From the NCBI GenBank assembly GCA_023213395.1, contig CM041465.1, positions 150,109,741-150,173,740 of the forward strand: DNA of 64,000 bases, given 5' to 3'. Shown here piece by piece: positions 12,517 through 25,541 of the stretch; position 1 is the first letter of the stretch; the number at the start of each line of letters is the position of its first letter. The notes below the pieces were generated by a model. That model was not told the origin of the DNA, did no database searches, and saw nothing but the letters and a program-made list of their open reading frames with translations. This stretch comes from Cycas panzhihuaensis. Lineage: Eukaryota > Plantae > Cycadophyta. A program made the translations under genes and the position numbers.

Positions 12517-15500
12517 ATGACTATAATTAACATGCTTAATGCATGCACCATAAAGTTAACTAGTTAAGATAATTATCAAAAATAGAAGAGATAATCTCAA
12601 AATTTGTTGATTATGAATGAGTTTTGGAGATTTATTTCTAGTAAGAACCCCAAGCCTATACATGTGTACAGTCAAACTAATGAGAATGTCATTATTCAGC
12701 TTGATCTAGTTCTTGTTACTACTTAAGAAGGTAAGAATAAAATTATCTTAGTATTTTTACATATGATTATTTATGTAAATATATATCAAAACATTGTTTA
12801 TATTAAAACATCTAAAGAAGCATGAGATATTTTATCCTCTTTGTATGAAAGGTGAAATAAAGCTCACATTATGATGATTAAAGCTAAATTATACTCTTTA
12901 AAGTTTGTAAAGTCAATGGTATTATTTTTCTCTACTATCAAAGAGATTTGTAATGAGTTGAATACTCTAGAAAAACTTGCTTCTAGGGATGAACTTATAA
13001 TGGCAACATTGTATGCAATACCAAAAGATCACAATGGATTCATTTCATCTATTACTAGAGATAGCAAATTAGCTTTTGTAACTTTCAATCAATTTGAAAG
13101 TTTACTCCTTCAAGAGGAACAAATTTACATAAGGGAGAAAAAAGAACCATCAACATTAGGAGCATTTATGGCCAAGCTTAAGGCCAAACAAGCACTTAAA
13201 TCATCATTTCAAAAGTAGTTTGGAAACAAGAACATTAGCATATCTAAGACCAATGTAATTTATCATTATTGTGGTAAAGTGGGCCATATAGCTCTTGAAT
13301 GTAGAAAGAAGCAATAAGATCTACAATAGTCTCATCAATAGTAGCCATGTCAAGAGTAGCCACGTTAGCAATAGCCTCATCAACATTAATTTTAATAGTG
13401 ACAATAACATTAATCCCCTAGACCAAATCAAAGTAATTTTCAAGGAGGTCAAAGAGGAAGGGGGGCTTTAGAGGTAGAAATTAATGCCATATAAAATAAT
13501 TTACAGATAAAGATAAGATGTTTTATTCTTATCATAATTTTAAAATTGATAACACATGGATCATTAACTTAGGGGCATCTCGACATATGGCAGGTAGTGA
13601 AGAACTACTTTATGACATCAGAGAAGGAAGAGGGTAAACTATTACATTTGGTAACAACAAATCTATGAAGATTTTTAGTATAGGCAAGATTGCCTCATTT
13701 CATTCATTCACCAACCTTGCTTCTATATTTCCCACTAGAGATGCCTATTTAATACCCTTAATAGAAAATAGTCCCTTATATATTAGTCAGCTGGGTAAAT
13801 AATAGATGAGTATCTTATTTAAAAGTTGGAAATGTATAATTAGTGACAAGAATGATCAAGTGATAACCACTAGTCATGAGGACCACGGACTTTACAAAAT
13901 AGATGCATCAAACATAACACTTGATATTACTTATTCTATCACTCAATTTATGCTAAAGGATAAACTTTGGTATAATAGGCTAAGCCACTTAAGCCTAGAC
14001 AATATCAAAATGATGATTAGTAAAAACATGGTGCATGGGTTTCCAAGGATATCTAGAATAAAGTGTCTTTGTGAGGCTTATATTGTGGAGACTTAGTATA
14101 TACAACCTTTACCTAAAGGCAATCCATAGCATGCATCACAACCCTTGCAGCTAATCCATTTAGATTTATATGGATGCATGTCCACGACATCTTTTGGAGG
14201 TGCTTTATATTACATTTCTTTCGTAGATGACTTTTCACATAAAGTTTGAGTTTACTTCATCAAGAAAAAAATTGATGCATTTTAAAAGTTTAAGGAATTC
14301 AAACAAGAAGTGGAAAATGGATATGGATACTCAATTAAAATGTTGAGATTAAATAATGGAGGTGAGTTTACCTCAAAGGAATTCATTCAATTCTACAAGG
14401 ATCATGAAATTAAGTAACAACTCACTACTCCTTATACTCCTTAATAGAATGTACTTTCTAAGTGTATGAATAGGAATTTGGTAGATAAACCAAAGCAATG
14501 ATGTATGCTAAAGAACCACCTTGCTCTTATTGGGAAGAAGCATTCCATACAACAACCTATGTGGCAAATAGGAGTCCTACTTTAGCAGTCACTGACATCA
14601 CACTAGAGGAGGCTTGGTATGGCAAGAAGCTAATAGTTATCTATTTGAGGACCTTTGGGTGTATTGCTTATATGCACATTCCCCATTAACAAAGTTTAAA
14701 CTTAGATAAAAATAGTATCAAATGTATTTTCGTTGGCTATGGTGTTCATAACAAGGCATATAAACTATATGATCTTATTTCTAAGAAAATGCATTTTTTA
14801 AAAGATGTAATCTTTGCTAAAGGAGTTGGAATCTACATCCACCCAACCTCTTATTAAAAAAGGCAAGTAGATTATTGAGGATTTCCTTCCCTCACAATCA
14901 TCTATACCATGTACATCTTCTATTCCTATTACTTCTACTTTAACTCTATTTACTTCAAATTTAGCTCCATGTGATCCTAGTACTTCTTTAGTTGATCAAC
15001 TTTTATAATAAGAGGATATTGAGGTTGAAGTTACTTCTATAAAGAAGTTACCCAAATGGTATATATAGATAATATATGATAAGCATATCATAGAAGAAAA
15101 ATGTCTATCTAAGATAAGGCAATAAACAAATTATGCACTTATGGATAAAGTGCTTTATGTTGATAAGCCTTATACTTTTGAGGATGCATTTAAAAGTGAA
15201 AATTGGAAGGCTATCATAAATGAAGAAATCCATTCTATTGAAAAGAATAGAACATAGGAAGGCATTGATTATGAGGAGACCTTTGCATAGTTACAAACAT
15301 GAATACCATTAGACTTAGTTTGGCCTTAGCTGTTCAATGCAAATGGCCAATCTACCAAATGGATGTGAAGAGTATCTTCCTTAATGACAATCTTCAAGAA
15401 GAGGTATATTTAGAGTAACCTCCTAGTTACATTGTACAAAGCAAAGAGAATTTGGTTTATTGCCTTAAGAAGGCTTTATATGGCTTAAAACAAACCCCTA

Positions 15501-16560
15501 AAGCATGGTACTCTAAAATCGATAATTATATTTTGAGACATGGATATCGTCAATCCACATTAGATCCTAACTTATATATAAAAGTTAGGGAGGACCACAT
15601 AGTCTTTATTGTCTTATATGTAGATGACTTAGTGATCATAAGAAATGACACTAAGATGATAGAAATTATCTAAGGTAATCTTAAGAGAAGTTTTGAGATG
15701 ACTAATCTTGGACTTCTTCATTATTTCTTAGGCTTAGAGGTATGGCAACAACTAGGTCATATCTTTATTTCCTAAGTAAAATATTCTTGGGATATATTGC
15801 AGATTTAGAATATAGGACTATAAATCAATACTTATACCTATGGATAATAGTATAAAATTAACCCTTAACGAGGAAGCAGAACCAACAAATCTTACTTTAT
15901 ATTAATAACTAGTTGGCAGCCTAATCTACCTCTCCAATACTAGATCGAATATTTCATTTATTGTTGGGATTTATTTTAAGTATATATATAAACCTAATTA
16001 GAAATATTAGAATGCAACAAATCATATACTAACATATATAAAAGGCACATTGGAACATGCCCTTCAATATACACATAATAAAAACTTCATCTTAGAAGGG
16101 TTCTCAAATTTTGATTGGGCAGGTTGCTAAGATAACCATAGATCAACCTTGAGATATTATTTCACCTTTGGTTCATGTGTCATTTTTTGGAGTTGTAAGA
16201 AGCAACCTAATGTTACCTTATCATACACAAAAGTAGAGTATAAATCTATAGTTAATGTAACTTGTGAGGTTATTTGGCTTAGGAGGATTCTTGGAGAGCT
16301 TGGACATGAGTATGATCACCCCACCAAGTTATATTACAATAATTAAAGTGTGCTTAGGTTAACCAAGAATCTAGTTTTTCATGCAAGGGCCAAGCATATA
16401 AAGGTTCATCACCACTTTATTAGGGAGCATGCTAAAAAAGATGAGATCAACCTCTTCTATAGGCCCACAGATGAACAGGTAGTATACTCTTTATCAAGCC
16501 ACTTAGTAGAGAAAAGTTTAAAAATTTTAGATATGGTATTGGTGTCTAACTTAATATTAT
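12517..16560 (+). pseudogene. Copia-2 gag-pol
   Basis: UBN2-like ORF 12871-13218; zinc knuckle YCGKVGHIALEC ~13267-13302; protease WII(D)LGASRHMAG ~13556-13595; integrase ORFs 13806-14096 and 14498-14689; RT LKKALYGLKQ..AWY/LYVDDL in ORF 15452-15673; RNase H FHARAKHIKVHHHFIRE. Confidence 0.93.
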
Positions 16561-16576
16561 AAACAATAAGGAAGGG

Positions 16577-17067
16577 TATTAAACCTTATATTTATATATT
16601 AAGAAATGCACCTTATAATATTTTATTATTTGTATTTTATGTAAGGATAACTTATCACTTAAGGGTTAAAGTGACCCCTATGTACTTTACTCATAAAAGA
16701 GCCCAAAGGATGCTTATCCTATATGCAAAAGGTGTAGCTTGGATGTTTTACACTTGTCAAACATCAAGCCCCTTAGATATCTCCTCCAATTTTATATATT
16801 GAGACCAATTTTTAGGTATTTTATATGGAAAGTAAGTAGTACTATTAGGTTGCTAGTTACTAATCAAACATTCATTCTTATTTGGAGTTTGGACTAATTC
16901 CTTCTCCTCCATATTGGTATTCTTATGCTTGTGGTTTTTATGCTTATGCTTGCTTATAGTAGTTAATTTAATATTTTCTTTCATAGATGCTAATAATCTA
17001 ATTTACAAGCATATCTTTCACCTCCTTAAGATTCTTAAGTTCATAGGCTTAATACCCATTTCTAACA
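16577..17067 (+). repeat. Copia-2 3' LTR (491 bp)
   Basis: Follows the PPT; ends TCTAACA + TSD TACTA. Confidence 0.93.
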
Positions 17068-17072
17068 TACTA

Positions 17073-17307
17073 GATATGCAAGAAAATGGACTCTTCTTTT
17101 ATAAGTGTTTAACTTTGAAATACTTAACCACAAGTTTAAGAATTAGATGGTTGTTTCCAAATAACTGTTGACCTCCATTTTCCCTAATCAGTTTAATTGG
17201 GAAGTAGATAATTCTCTCCTAAACAAACCTGTTCTTCATGTTGATACTACTAATTATGCCTTAGAGTGGTATACAAATATTATTCACTATCTCTAAGCCT
17301 AATCTTA
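17073..17307 (+). pseudogene. Tat host pol part 2: end of RNase H and start of integrase region
   Basis: RYA.KWTLLL..FNFE and WYTNIIHYL motifs, continuous with both flanking host segments across the TSDs. Confidence 0.8.
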
Positions 17308-19325
17308 TGTTACATGACTAATCCTTTAAGATAGAGAAATATGGGGAGGAATAGAAGAAATAAGATAAAGAAGAAATTAACATCATATCATCTCATAATC
17401 ATATTATCCTTATCATTTATAATAGAGTGGGGTATATATAACACTCACCCTATCATTATTATATTCCTACCTTTATATCAACCAATCCTATACTTCTTTA
17501 ACCTTAATCCTTATATGGTGGAGGGTCATAATATTCCCCCCCTGCGCTATGATGCTTTGCCCTTGAAGCATCCTAACACATAGATGAATATGACCATCTC
17601 CTACTAGTAGTGTTTAACTGATAGTTCCATTAAAGGTTATTTAAAAGTCTATGGATAGAATAGGTATCTATCCATCCCAAGTAGATCTTTATGTGCCTAA
17701 AATCTCTGTGATATTGGAACCTCAAGCTTGAATGATGAGCATGCCTAGGGTACTTAGCTTGTGAGGGTTTTGTATGATGAGTAAATCAATGTTGAGTCTC
17801 CTAATAATGTGGGTGTCAATAAGGTCCCACTTTGGTATGTTTTTTATATTTTGGTGAGTGGTACTCTTTCTTTTCCTTGGTTATAACTGGTGGTATAAGC
17901 TGGTAAATTACTTTTGTTGTATTACTCTTATATTTAGTTTCTCCCTCATCGTTCTTCTTTTTTATTCCCTTTATGCAGTGAGCAGAATTCCTTGTCCCAA
18001 CTTTCGATTAAACTTCTTAAGAATTTGACAAGCTTCATATTTATCTTGCTTAAGACTTTGTATCTTTTCCCATAAAAATAATTATATTTTAAACAAATAT
18101 CAAATTCTAGCCATAAAAATGAATTACATGGACTAGTTGTACCATACCACTCTTTAAACCAAAGGTAAGCCTCTCCTTGTAGATATAATGAGGTTAATTT
18201 AGTCATCTCTTTATTGCTCATGTAGTCGTCAATAAGTGATTTTAAATATGTAAACATATCATTGACCTAGTCTTTTACAGAAAGAGTTCCATCTATATTA
18301 AAACTATGAGGTATAGGTCTTCCTATAGCCATGATAATATAGGTATAAGAGGAATTATGGGGTGTCTATAGCTATTTATCCCCAAATTTTAATAGAAAAT
18401 AGATAGTAGGCCTCAAGATCAATGGTTTTATAACCAAAATATTAATGGCTAAGAAAGTACAATATAGAAACTTTAATTTTAAAATTTTATTTCTTAAAAA
18501 ATATAGCTAAAAATACATGAAATATGAATTAAAATCACAACCTCTAAAATATGATTCTAATGGTTTATATAAAATTAAATTCTAACATCTAGATCAAAAG
18601 TTATGATCGTTTAAAAAAAAATATATTGTTAGGGTTTCTAAGGACTACAATAACACCTACTAGTAAAATGCTAATAACTTTTTGCTTCAATCTCTAATCA
18701 ACATCAAAGTACTTCCATTGGAAATTAAATTTAGAAATGCATTAAAAAAAAAAAAATTGAGGTTATTTAGACACCTGTAGCCAAAGTTATGGCCCTTTAA
18801 AATTAAGGTTGTAGATCTATCTAAAAAATACGATGATAGAAAAATAATTTAAAATTAAATCTACTATAATTTCTATAAATTTTCACTAAATCCAATATTA
18901 TAACCACTCAAAATTTATGGATTGGACCTTTTCATCTCAAATTATTCATTGATTCTTAAAAAATCTTTCATTTTTACTACCAAAGAGTAGAACTTCCATA
19001 TACTAAAAACCCTTAGAAAAAAAATTGGCTCTCTTTTAGAACTTATAGCAAAATGGATCCCTAACTCTTATATGGATAAAAAATAGCTTTGATACCACTT
19101 GTTACATACCTAATCCTTTAAGATAGAGAAATATAGAGAAAAATAGAAGAAATAAGATGAAGAAGAAATTAACATCATATCATATCATCATCATATTATC
19201 CTTATCATTTACAATGGAGTGAGATATATATAACACTCGCCCCATCATTATTGTATTCCTATCTTGATGTGAACTAATCCTATACTTCCTTAACCTTAAC
19301 TCTTATATGGTGGAGGGTTATAGCA
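17308..19325 (-). mobile_element. Short non-autonomous LTR element with a gypsy-type gag remnant only (TR-GAG-like), 2018 bp
   Basis: 226-bp LTRs 17308-17533 and 19100-19325; TSD TCTTA at 17303-17307 and 19326-19330; PBS 19086-19097; PPT (AGGGGGGGAA on minus) 17534-17543; gag-like ORF 17946-18257. Confidence 0.93.
17946..18330 (-). pseudogene. Retrotransposon gag (capsid) fragment
   Basis: KLTSLYLQGEAYLWF...FLWLEFD..L..NYF resembles the Retrotrans_gag L.G.A..WW....TW.EF motif. Confidence 0.75.
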
Positions 19326-19330
19326 TCTTA

Positions 19331-19783
19331 CCCTATAGGTATAAATTTTAAGGATAAAAAGAAAATTAGGGTGGTGTCATGCCATTACACTATACTTGGA
19401 GATACTCTTTATAAATGTTCCTTATATAGCATTATGCTTAGAGGTTTCTCCCTTATAAAACTTAAACTATCCTAAATAGGTATCATAATGGTATTTATGG
19501 TGCATAATTCAATGGCCATATCATAGGTTAATATATTCTTTGAATGGTCTATTATTAGCCTACTCTTTATTTAGATACCCATGCATATGTTTGAAAGTTT
19601 AATAAATGCTAGGCCCATGATGATGTTATTCATAAATCATCCATGTCTATAGGGGTATCATTTCATCCTAGCCTTTTCCATAATAGGATTTAGATCTGAT
19701 TAGTTAAATTTACCCTCCTTTCTTTACTAGCTATAAGTTTATCATTATTTCCATAGAGAACTTCACTATGTGGAGTGAAGTGG
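19331..19783 (+). pseudogene. Tat host integrase N-part (H2C2 zinc domain and start of core)
   Basis: HYTILGDTLYKC, YHNGIYGA, YY*PTLYLD, GLDLI, YKFIIISIENFTMWSEV. Confidence 0.85.
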
Positions 19784-20058
19784 TATTGAAAGATAATGTG
19801 CATTCAATGTAACTAGTTAAATAAAAGGTTATATATGATTAGTTAGCATAAAGGCCAAATATAATTGGTTGTAGGTGAGGCACATATGCTCACGATATAA
19901 CTATAAATATACCTGCATGGTGAGATATATAATTGATTGAAGTATGATTGAATATTGAGATATGAATATAATTCTAATATGCTAAGCTCAATTATGGTGT
20001 TAATTTGACAATTTTGTTGATCCTGGTTATGTTATCCCATGTGATTACATTTTTAATA
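19784..20058 (+). repeat. Copia-4 5' LTR (275 bp)
   Basis: Homologous to 30495-30771; followed directly by the PBS. Confidence 0.9.
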
Positions 20059-21934
20059 TGGTATCAGATCTTATGGTGAAGATGAGAAGTTGAATGTGAG
20101 CACTTGGTAAAGATGAGATCCTAAATGAAGTTATGTTAAAGTGAAGATTGTCAGATACTGTTTTCACATCAAGCCTCTCTTGTAAGTCATAAAGCTATCA
20201 TTTTTTATTAATCCTATACTTATTGATTATCTGTTATTTCTTTAAGCCTATTATTGAGAGGTCCATAGCTTATTTAAAAGAAAAGATTATTTTGGTCATT
20301 TAACCATGTTTTAGTTTGTTTGTCTCTATTTTAGAACTATTTCATTTTATTTATAAATAAGGTTGACCCTTTCATTGCATTTCATTATTTACCTCTATTG
20401 TTTGTGTAAACCCTGCTCCTACTCCATGTGTTGTGAAACTCTTGACCTTGCATCTAAGTAGTCAATCATCTGTTATATGTATATTCCATCATTCCCTACA
20501 TAAGTGTCATTGCTCTTTATCAAGTTAGGTTTCCTATAAGTTTATTGACCATCTATGTAAAGCCTCCTCTCGATAGCACAAATTTTCCTATAAAAGTTTA
20601 GCAAGTAAAGTTTTAACTTTAAGGTCTTGTTGAAGTTTATGCCTCTAAATCACCTCCACATGTAAGGGTTCTCATCCTCATGTAAGACATTCATTTTCCA
20701 AGGGCATTTAGAGACCATCAATATAGTAAGTATAAAGAAAAATTTTGCCTATATAAAATCAAAAGTCCCATAGACTTGGCATGATGAGGGAAATCTAAGA
20801 TCGACCCAGATCCTATGACCCAAAATTTAGCCCTAGTAGCTCCAATTGTTCTATCTTGTACCTATGTGTTTTACATCATTAAAACCTATTCATAAAGGTA
20901 GAGAAAGTACTAGTTGTATCTCTCACAATCACCTTGTGGCCTATTGAAGAGCCCTCATCTATATCATGATATATCAAGAAGATCTTGTGAAGCTGTTATA
21001 TCTTTATCTACACTACAAACATACCATTAATTCATTTGCCCTTAATCTTAGCACTGTTATACATTTTGTGTGAAGCTAGTTATCATCGATATAAGAAGAT
21101 CAAGTCACCTACCATTGATTTAACAATCATTTAATTAATTTTTACATTACTTGATCACTTATTGACTTTATTTAACTACGTGTGTAGAGGAGAGATAAGA
21201 GTCTAACATTGATATATTTCTTTTTTTAATTTTGTTTTTTTAATTTAATCATATAGGAATTCTATTTGAAGTCTACGGAGCCCCTCATTACTAAGCAGGT
21301 AGTCATATTCAATTCACAAGTGACTAAATACTATAGGTTAAAGAGCTAAAGGCCCTTCAACTTTTTTTTTTTTTCTGATTTTAAGATACTTATATTTTTT
21401 TGCTCATATCTTTGTAACTAGGAGTTTGATTTATTAGCTACCTAAATCGTTGGAATTGAATTTTAGAGATGATCATTTTGATATATAATTTGAAGCATTT
21501 TGGAGCTTTTTTTAGTAAGATATTTTCAATTTTCAATCAAAGTTAACAGTTTGTTTGGAGCCTTGCATAATAATAAACAAAGTAATTTTTCAAAATTATT
21601 TGATGTAATATTATGACCAACATTTCATAAACATTAAAGCTTAATATTTAGCCCTAGGTAAAGTTTGTTTCAAACCCTAATGGTGGCCTTATTAAGCTCA
21701 TTAATAAAATTTAGAGGAGGTAGAAGGCGGTCCCAATTGAAGGGACATATGATGGTGGTGCATATCCAATTTGGAAGGGATATTTATGTTCTTATTTATG
21801 CTCTCTCTCTAGTATTCTTGATTGTGATCATGATTGATCATGCTTGATTTGTATTTGTGATTGATTTTTTAAATCTTAGGTTACTTAAACTTCATTTATA
21901 ATCTATAATAATTTGTTGCCAATACCTAAGCTTG

Positions 21935-24900
21935 ATGGATGTAATTATTTTATACAGTCAAGAAGAATGAAGTCTACTTTATAATATAAACAATTATAGA
22001 AGATTATTTCTAAGGGTTATACTACTGATTTGACTCCTAATAAAGAGAAGTTAAAAAGAAGATTTATAAAGGAAAGATGGTGAAGCACTTACCTTCATAT
22101 TTAATAATGTTCTTAATGAGATATTTCTTGGCATTTGTAATCTCTCTACTTCTTATGTTATTTGGAATACTTTGGAAACATCATTTCAAAGAAGTACAAA
22201 TATTAGGATTCAAAACTTGATAAGGAACTTTGAGAATCTTAAGATATATGCTATAAAATCTACTAATTTCCTTTTCACTAAAGTTCATAATCTTGAAAAC
22301 CAATTGAATGTATCAGGTGAATGAGTGTTAGAACTAAGAGTTGTAAAGAAAATTTTGAGATGCATAAGAGATCTAAGGAAATTTAAAATAATTACTATAA
22401 TATTAGAAGTAATAAGGGACTTGTCAACATTGACCATTAATGAGTTATTATCAATATTATTGATAGAAGAGGAAAATAAGAGTTTGATTGATAATTTGGA
22501 ATAAGCCTTTACTTCTAAGGCTTCCATAAGAGGAATGTTTAGGAGATCATTAAATTAAGGAACAAATCTATCATTAGCATATTCATATGGACAAGGACAA
22601 GCAAGAGCATCTTCATCAAATTATGGTTAAGACAACTTTAAATATGGATAAGGACAAGGACAAGTAGAAGCATCTTCATCAAATTATAGACAAGGAAACT
22701 CTCGATATAGACAAGAATAACTAAGAGAATCTTCATCAAACTATGGTCAAGGCAACTTTGGATATGGACAAGTATAAGTAGGAGCACCTTCATCAAATTA
22801 TAGTCAAGGAAATTTTGGATATGGATAAGGACAAGAAGAAGCATCTTCATCAAATTATGGACAAGGAAACTTTGGATATAAAGAAGGACAACAAGGATAT
22901 GAATATGGACAATAATAATAAGGAAATTTTCAATTATGAAGAGGAAGATTAAGAGGAAGAAACTATTCAATAGGAAGGAACACACCATCAATAGGAAAGA
23001 GTTTTTCAAGAGGAAGAGGAAGAATACCATCAAGAGGAATTAGAAGAGGAAGTAGTTTTGTTGCTTCTTATTATAAATATGGAATGGAAGGATATTATTC
23101 ATATGAGTATCATCAAGATAACATGGCTAATACTAAAACTGATAAAGAAAAGAATATTTTCTATACAAGATTAAATGTTCAAACTTTTAATAATAAGATT
23201 TATGAAGAAAATAATAAATAAAAGTTATTTTTGGAAATGATAATACATAAGAAGTATAAGGACAAGGAGTTATAACAATTCAAACTAAAAGTAGATAAAA
23301 TAAGAATATTCAAAATATCTTATTTATACCTAAATTAAGAACGAACTTATTGTATGTTGGTCAAATAATAGAATAAAAGTATAGGATAGTCTTTGATAAT
23401 GGAGAATGTGAAATAAGTGATAAGTTAAATAATAGTGTTATAGTTGCAAGATACCAAATATGATGATAGATAGATTATTTAAACTTGTACCTACTTCACC
23501 TTTACAAGTGTTGAATACTTCAATCTCAAATGTTAACATACTTTGGCATTATAGATTTGGTCATTTTAATTATGGTGTACTTAGTACTTTAAAGAGAAAA
23601 AGTATGGTTATAAGATTTCCAGACATTCAAGGTAATAATAAAGTTTATGAAGATTATATTTATGGAAAATAACATAGAGAAAGTTTTCTTAATTCAAATT
23701 TCTAATATAAATATCCACTCCAGTTAGATCATGCAGATTTATGTGGCCCAATGAGGACTCCTACATTTGGAAATACTAGATTCTTCCTGATTCATGTTGA
23801 TGATTTTCCAAGAAAATTTAAGGTGTATTTCCTTAAAGAAAAGTTTAAAATATTTTTTAGATTTGTTGAATTCAGAGTTATAGATAAAAGGAAAAGTGGT
23901 TAGAGATTATAAATTTTTCCTTTAAATAATTGTGGCAAGTTTATCTTAAATGATTTCATAGATTTTTGTAATAAAGTGGGCATAAGAAGGTAATTTACTG
24001 CTTTATATACATCTCAACAAAATAGAGTTACTAAAAGAGAAATTAGAATAGTTACATAAATAGCTAGATGTATTCTTAAACTAAAGAGTTAAGTAATAAA
24101 TATTAAGCTAAAGTAGTAATTATTATTATATATCTAGTGAATAGAATTCCTACAAAAATAATTGAGGACTTAACTGCTGAAGAATATTGGATAGGATACA
24201 AGCCAGATATTTCACATTGAAATTTTTTTTGGTGTGTTTCCTATTCTCACATTCATGATATGAATAGATCCATGTTACAAAGTAAAAGTATCAAGTGTAT
24301 TTTCATAGGCTATTCAAGTGAACGAAAGGCCTATAAATTATTTAAACTAGTTGTAAAGAAAGTCATGGTAAGTAGATATATGATTTTTGTTGAGAATGTA
24401 ATCTACAAATTTGAAGAAGATAAAAGGAAAATAGGTTGTTATTGAAGCAAATATTGAACTATTTCTACTTCAGAATTTATCTTTATCGACATGGACTCCA
24501 ACTCAAAGTTTAAGTCCAAATTCAAGTTCCAGTCTAAGTTTATCATCATAAAGTCAAGAACATGATACATGTCCCACTCCAAGTTAATCTCCATTAAGTA
24601 AAGAATAAGATATAGGTATAAAATGGTTGGTTAGAAGTCATAATTTAGAAGTTATATTTGACAGAAATTTTAATAAAAGATTAACTAGATCTTAAGCTAG
24701 AGTTAACTATACATTGATGGCCTAAGTTAAAAAAAATGATGGGCCATAAATATATGAAGAAGCTATTGCCAATAATAATTAGTCTAAATCTATAAAAGTA
24801 AAATATAATTCATTGATAAAAAATAAAACTTGGAATTTAGTTGAGTTACCTACTAATAAAGAAGTGATAGAAACAAAATAGGTTTATAAAACCAAGAACA

Positions 24901-25511
24901 AATATGATGGAATTATTGATAAATATAAGGCAAGAATTATGGCCAAAGTTTATGATTAACAAAAAGGAATTGATTATATAAAAACCTTTCCTTTAGTTAC
25001 CAAGATGGACATAATCAAAAGTCTCTTATCCTTAGTTGTTCATCAAAGATAGATTATATATCAAATGGGCATCAAGCTAACATTTCTTAATGGATACATT
25101 GATAAAGAAATTTATGTTACACAACCTCAAGTATTTGAGAAACAAGAAGAAAAACACTTAGTGTGTAAGTTGAAGAAAGCATTATATGGACTAAAATAAG
25201 CTCCAAGAGCTTGATACTCTAGAATTAACAAGTATTTTCAAGATAAAAGATTTTAGAAATGGCCATCATATCTAAATTTGTATGTCAAAATTATAGATAC
25301 TTCAATACTTATTATTACTCTCTATATTGATGATCTTATTTATATAAGCAACATCGATGAAATATTCTAAGAATTCAAGGATGACATGAATTCATAATTT
25401 AAAATGAGAAATCTAGGATAATTACATTACTTCCTTGGTATAGAGATTCAACAAGGTGAAGATGGAATCCACATGTGCCAAAGCAAATATGATATGAATA
25501 TATTGAAGAAA
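21935..25511 (+). pseudogene. Copia-4 gag-pol, part 1 (gag to mid-RT)
   Basis: gag with tandem repeat; WHYRFGHFNY GAG-pre-integrase motif; LDHADLCGPM ~23724-23753; SIKCIFIGYS; LKKALYGLK; ends QSKYDMNILKK at the Copia-5 junction. Confidence 0.9.
22586..22880 (+). repeat. In-frame 57-bp tandem repeat (5 units) in Copia-4 gag, consensus YGQGQxxASSSNYGQGNFG
   Basis: Core (A/C)TCTTCATCAAA(T/C)TAT(G/A)G(T/A)CAAGG recurs every 57-63 bp. Confidence 0.9.
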
Positions 25512-25541
25512 TATTAGAATAACCCCCAATATGCCTAAGGA

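Larger units (their letters stand above)
9936..17067 (+). mobile_element. Ty1/copia element (Copia-2), decayed, with an internal RT deletion
   Basis: LTRs 9936-10480 and 16577-17067; TSD TACTA at 9931-9935 and 17068-17072; PBS TGGTATTAGAGT 10483-10494; PPT AATAAGGAAGGG 16565-16576. Confidence 0.95.

Noticed and set aside
16914-17583. Hydrophobic ORFs 16914-17171 and 17341-17583 as env-like or secreted peptides
   Set aside because: They lie in T-rich LTR sequence and cross element boundaries; chance ORFs.
22586-22880. Regularly spaced repeats suggestive of a CRISPR array
   Set aside because: The units are degenerate tandem copies with homologous 'spacers', in frame within gag; eukaryotic context, no cas genes.
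22638-23033. 131-aa hydrophobic minus-strand ORF that looks like a membrane protein
   Set aside because: It is the antisense shadow of the purine-rich tandem repeat in Copia-4 gag.
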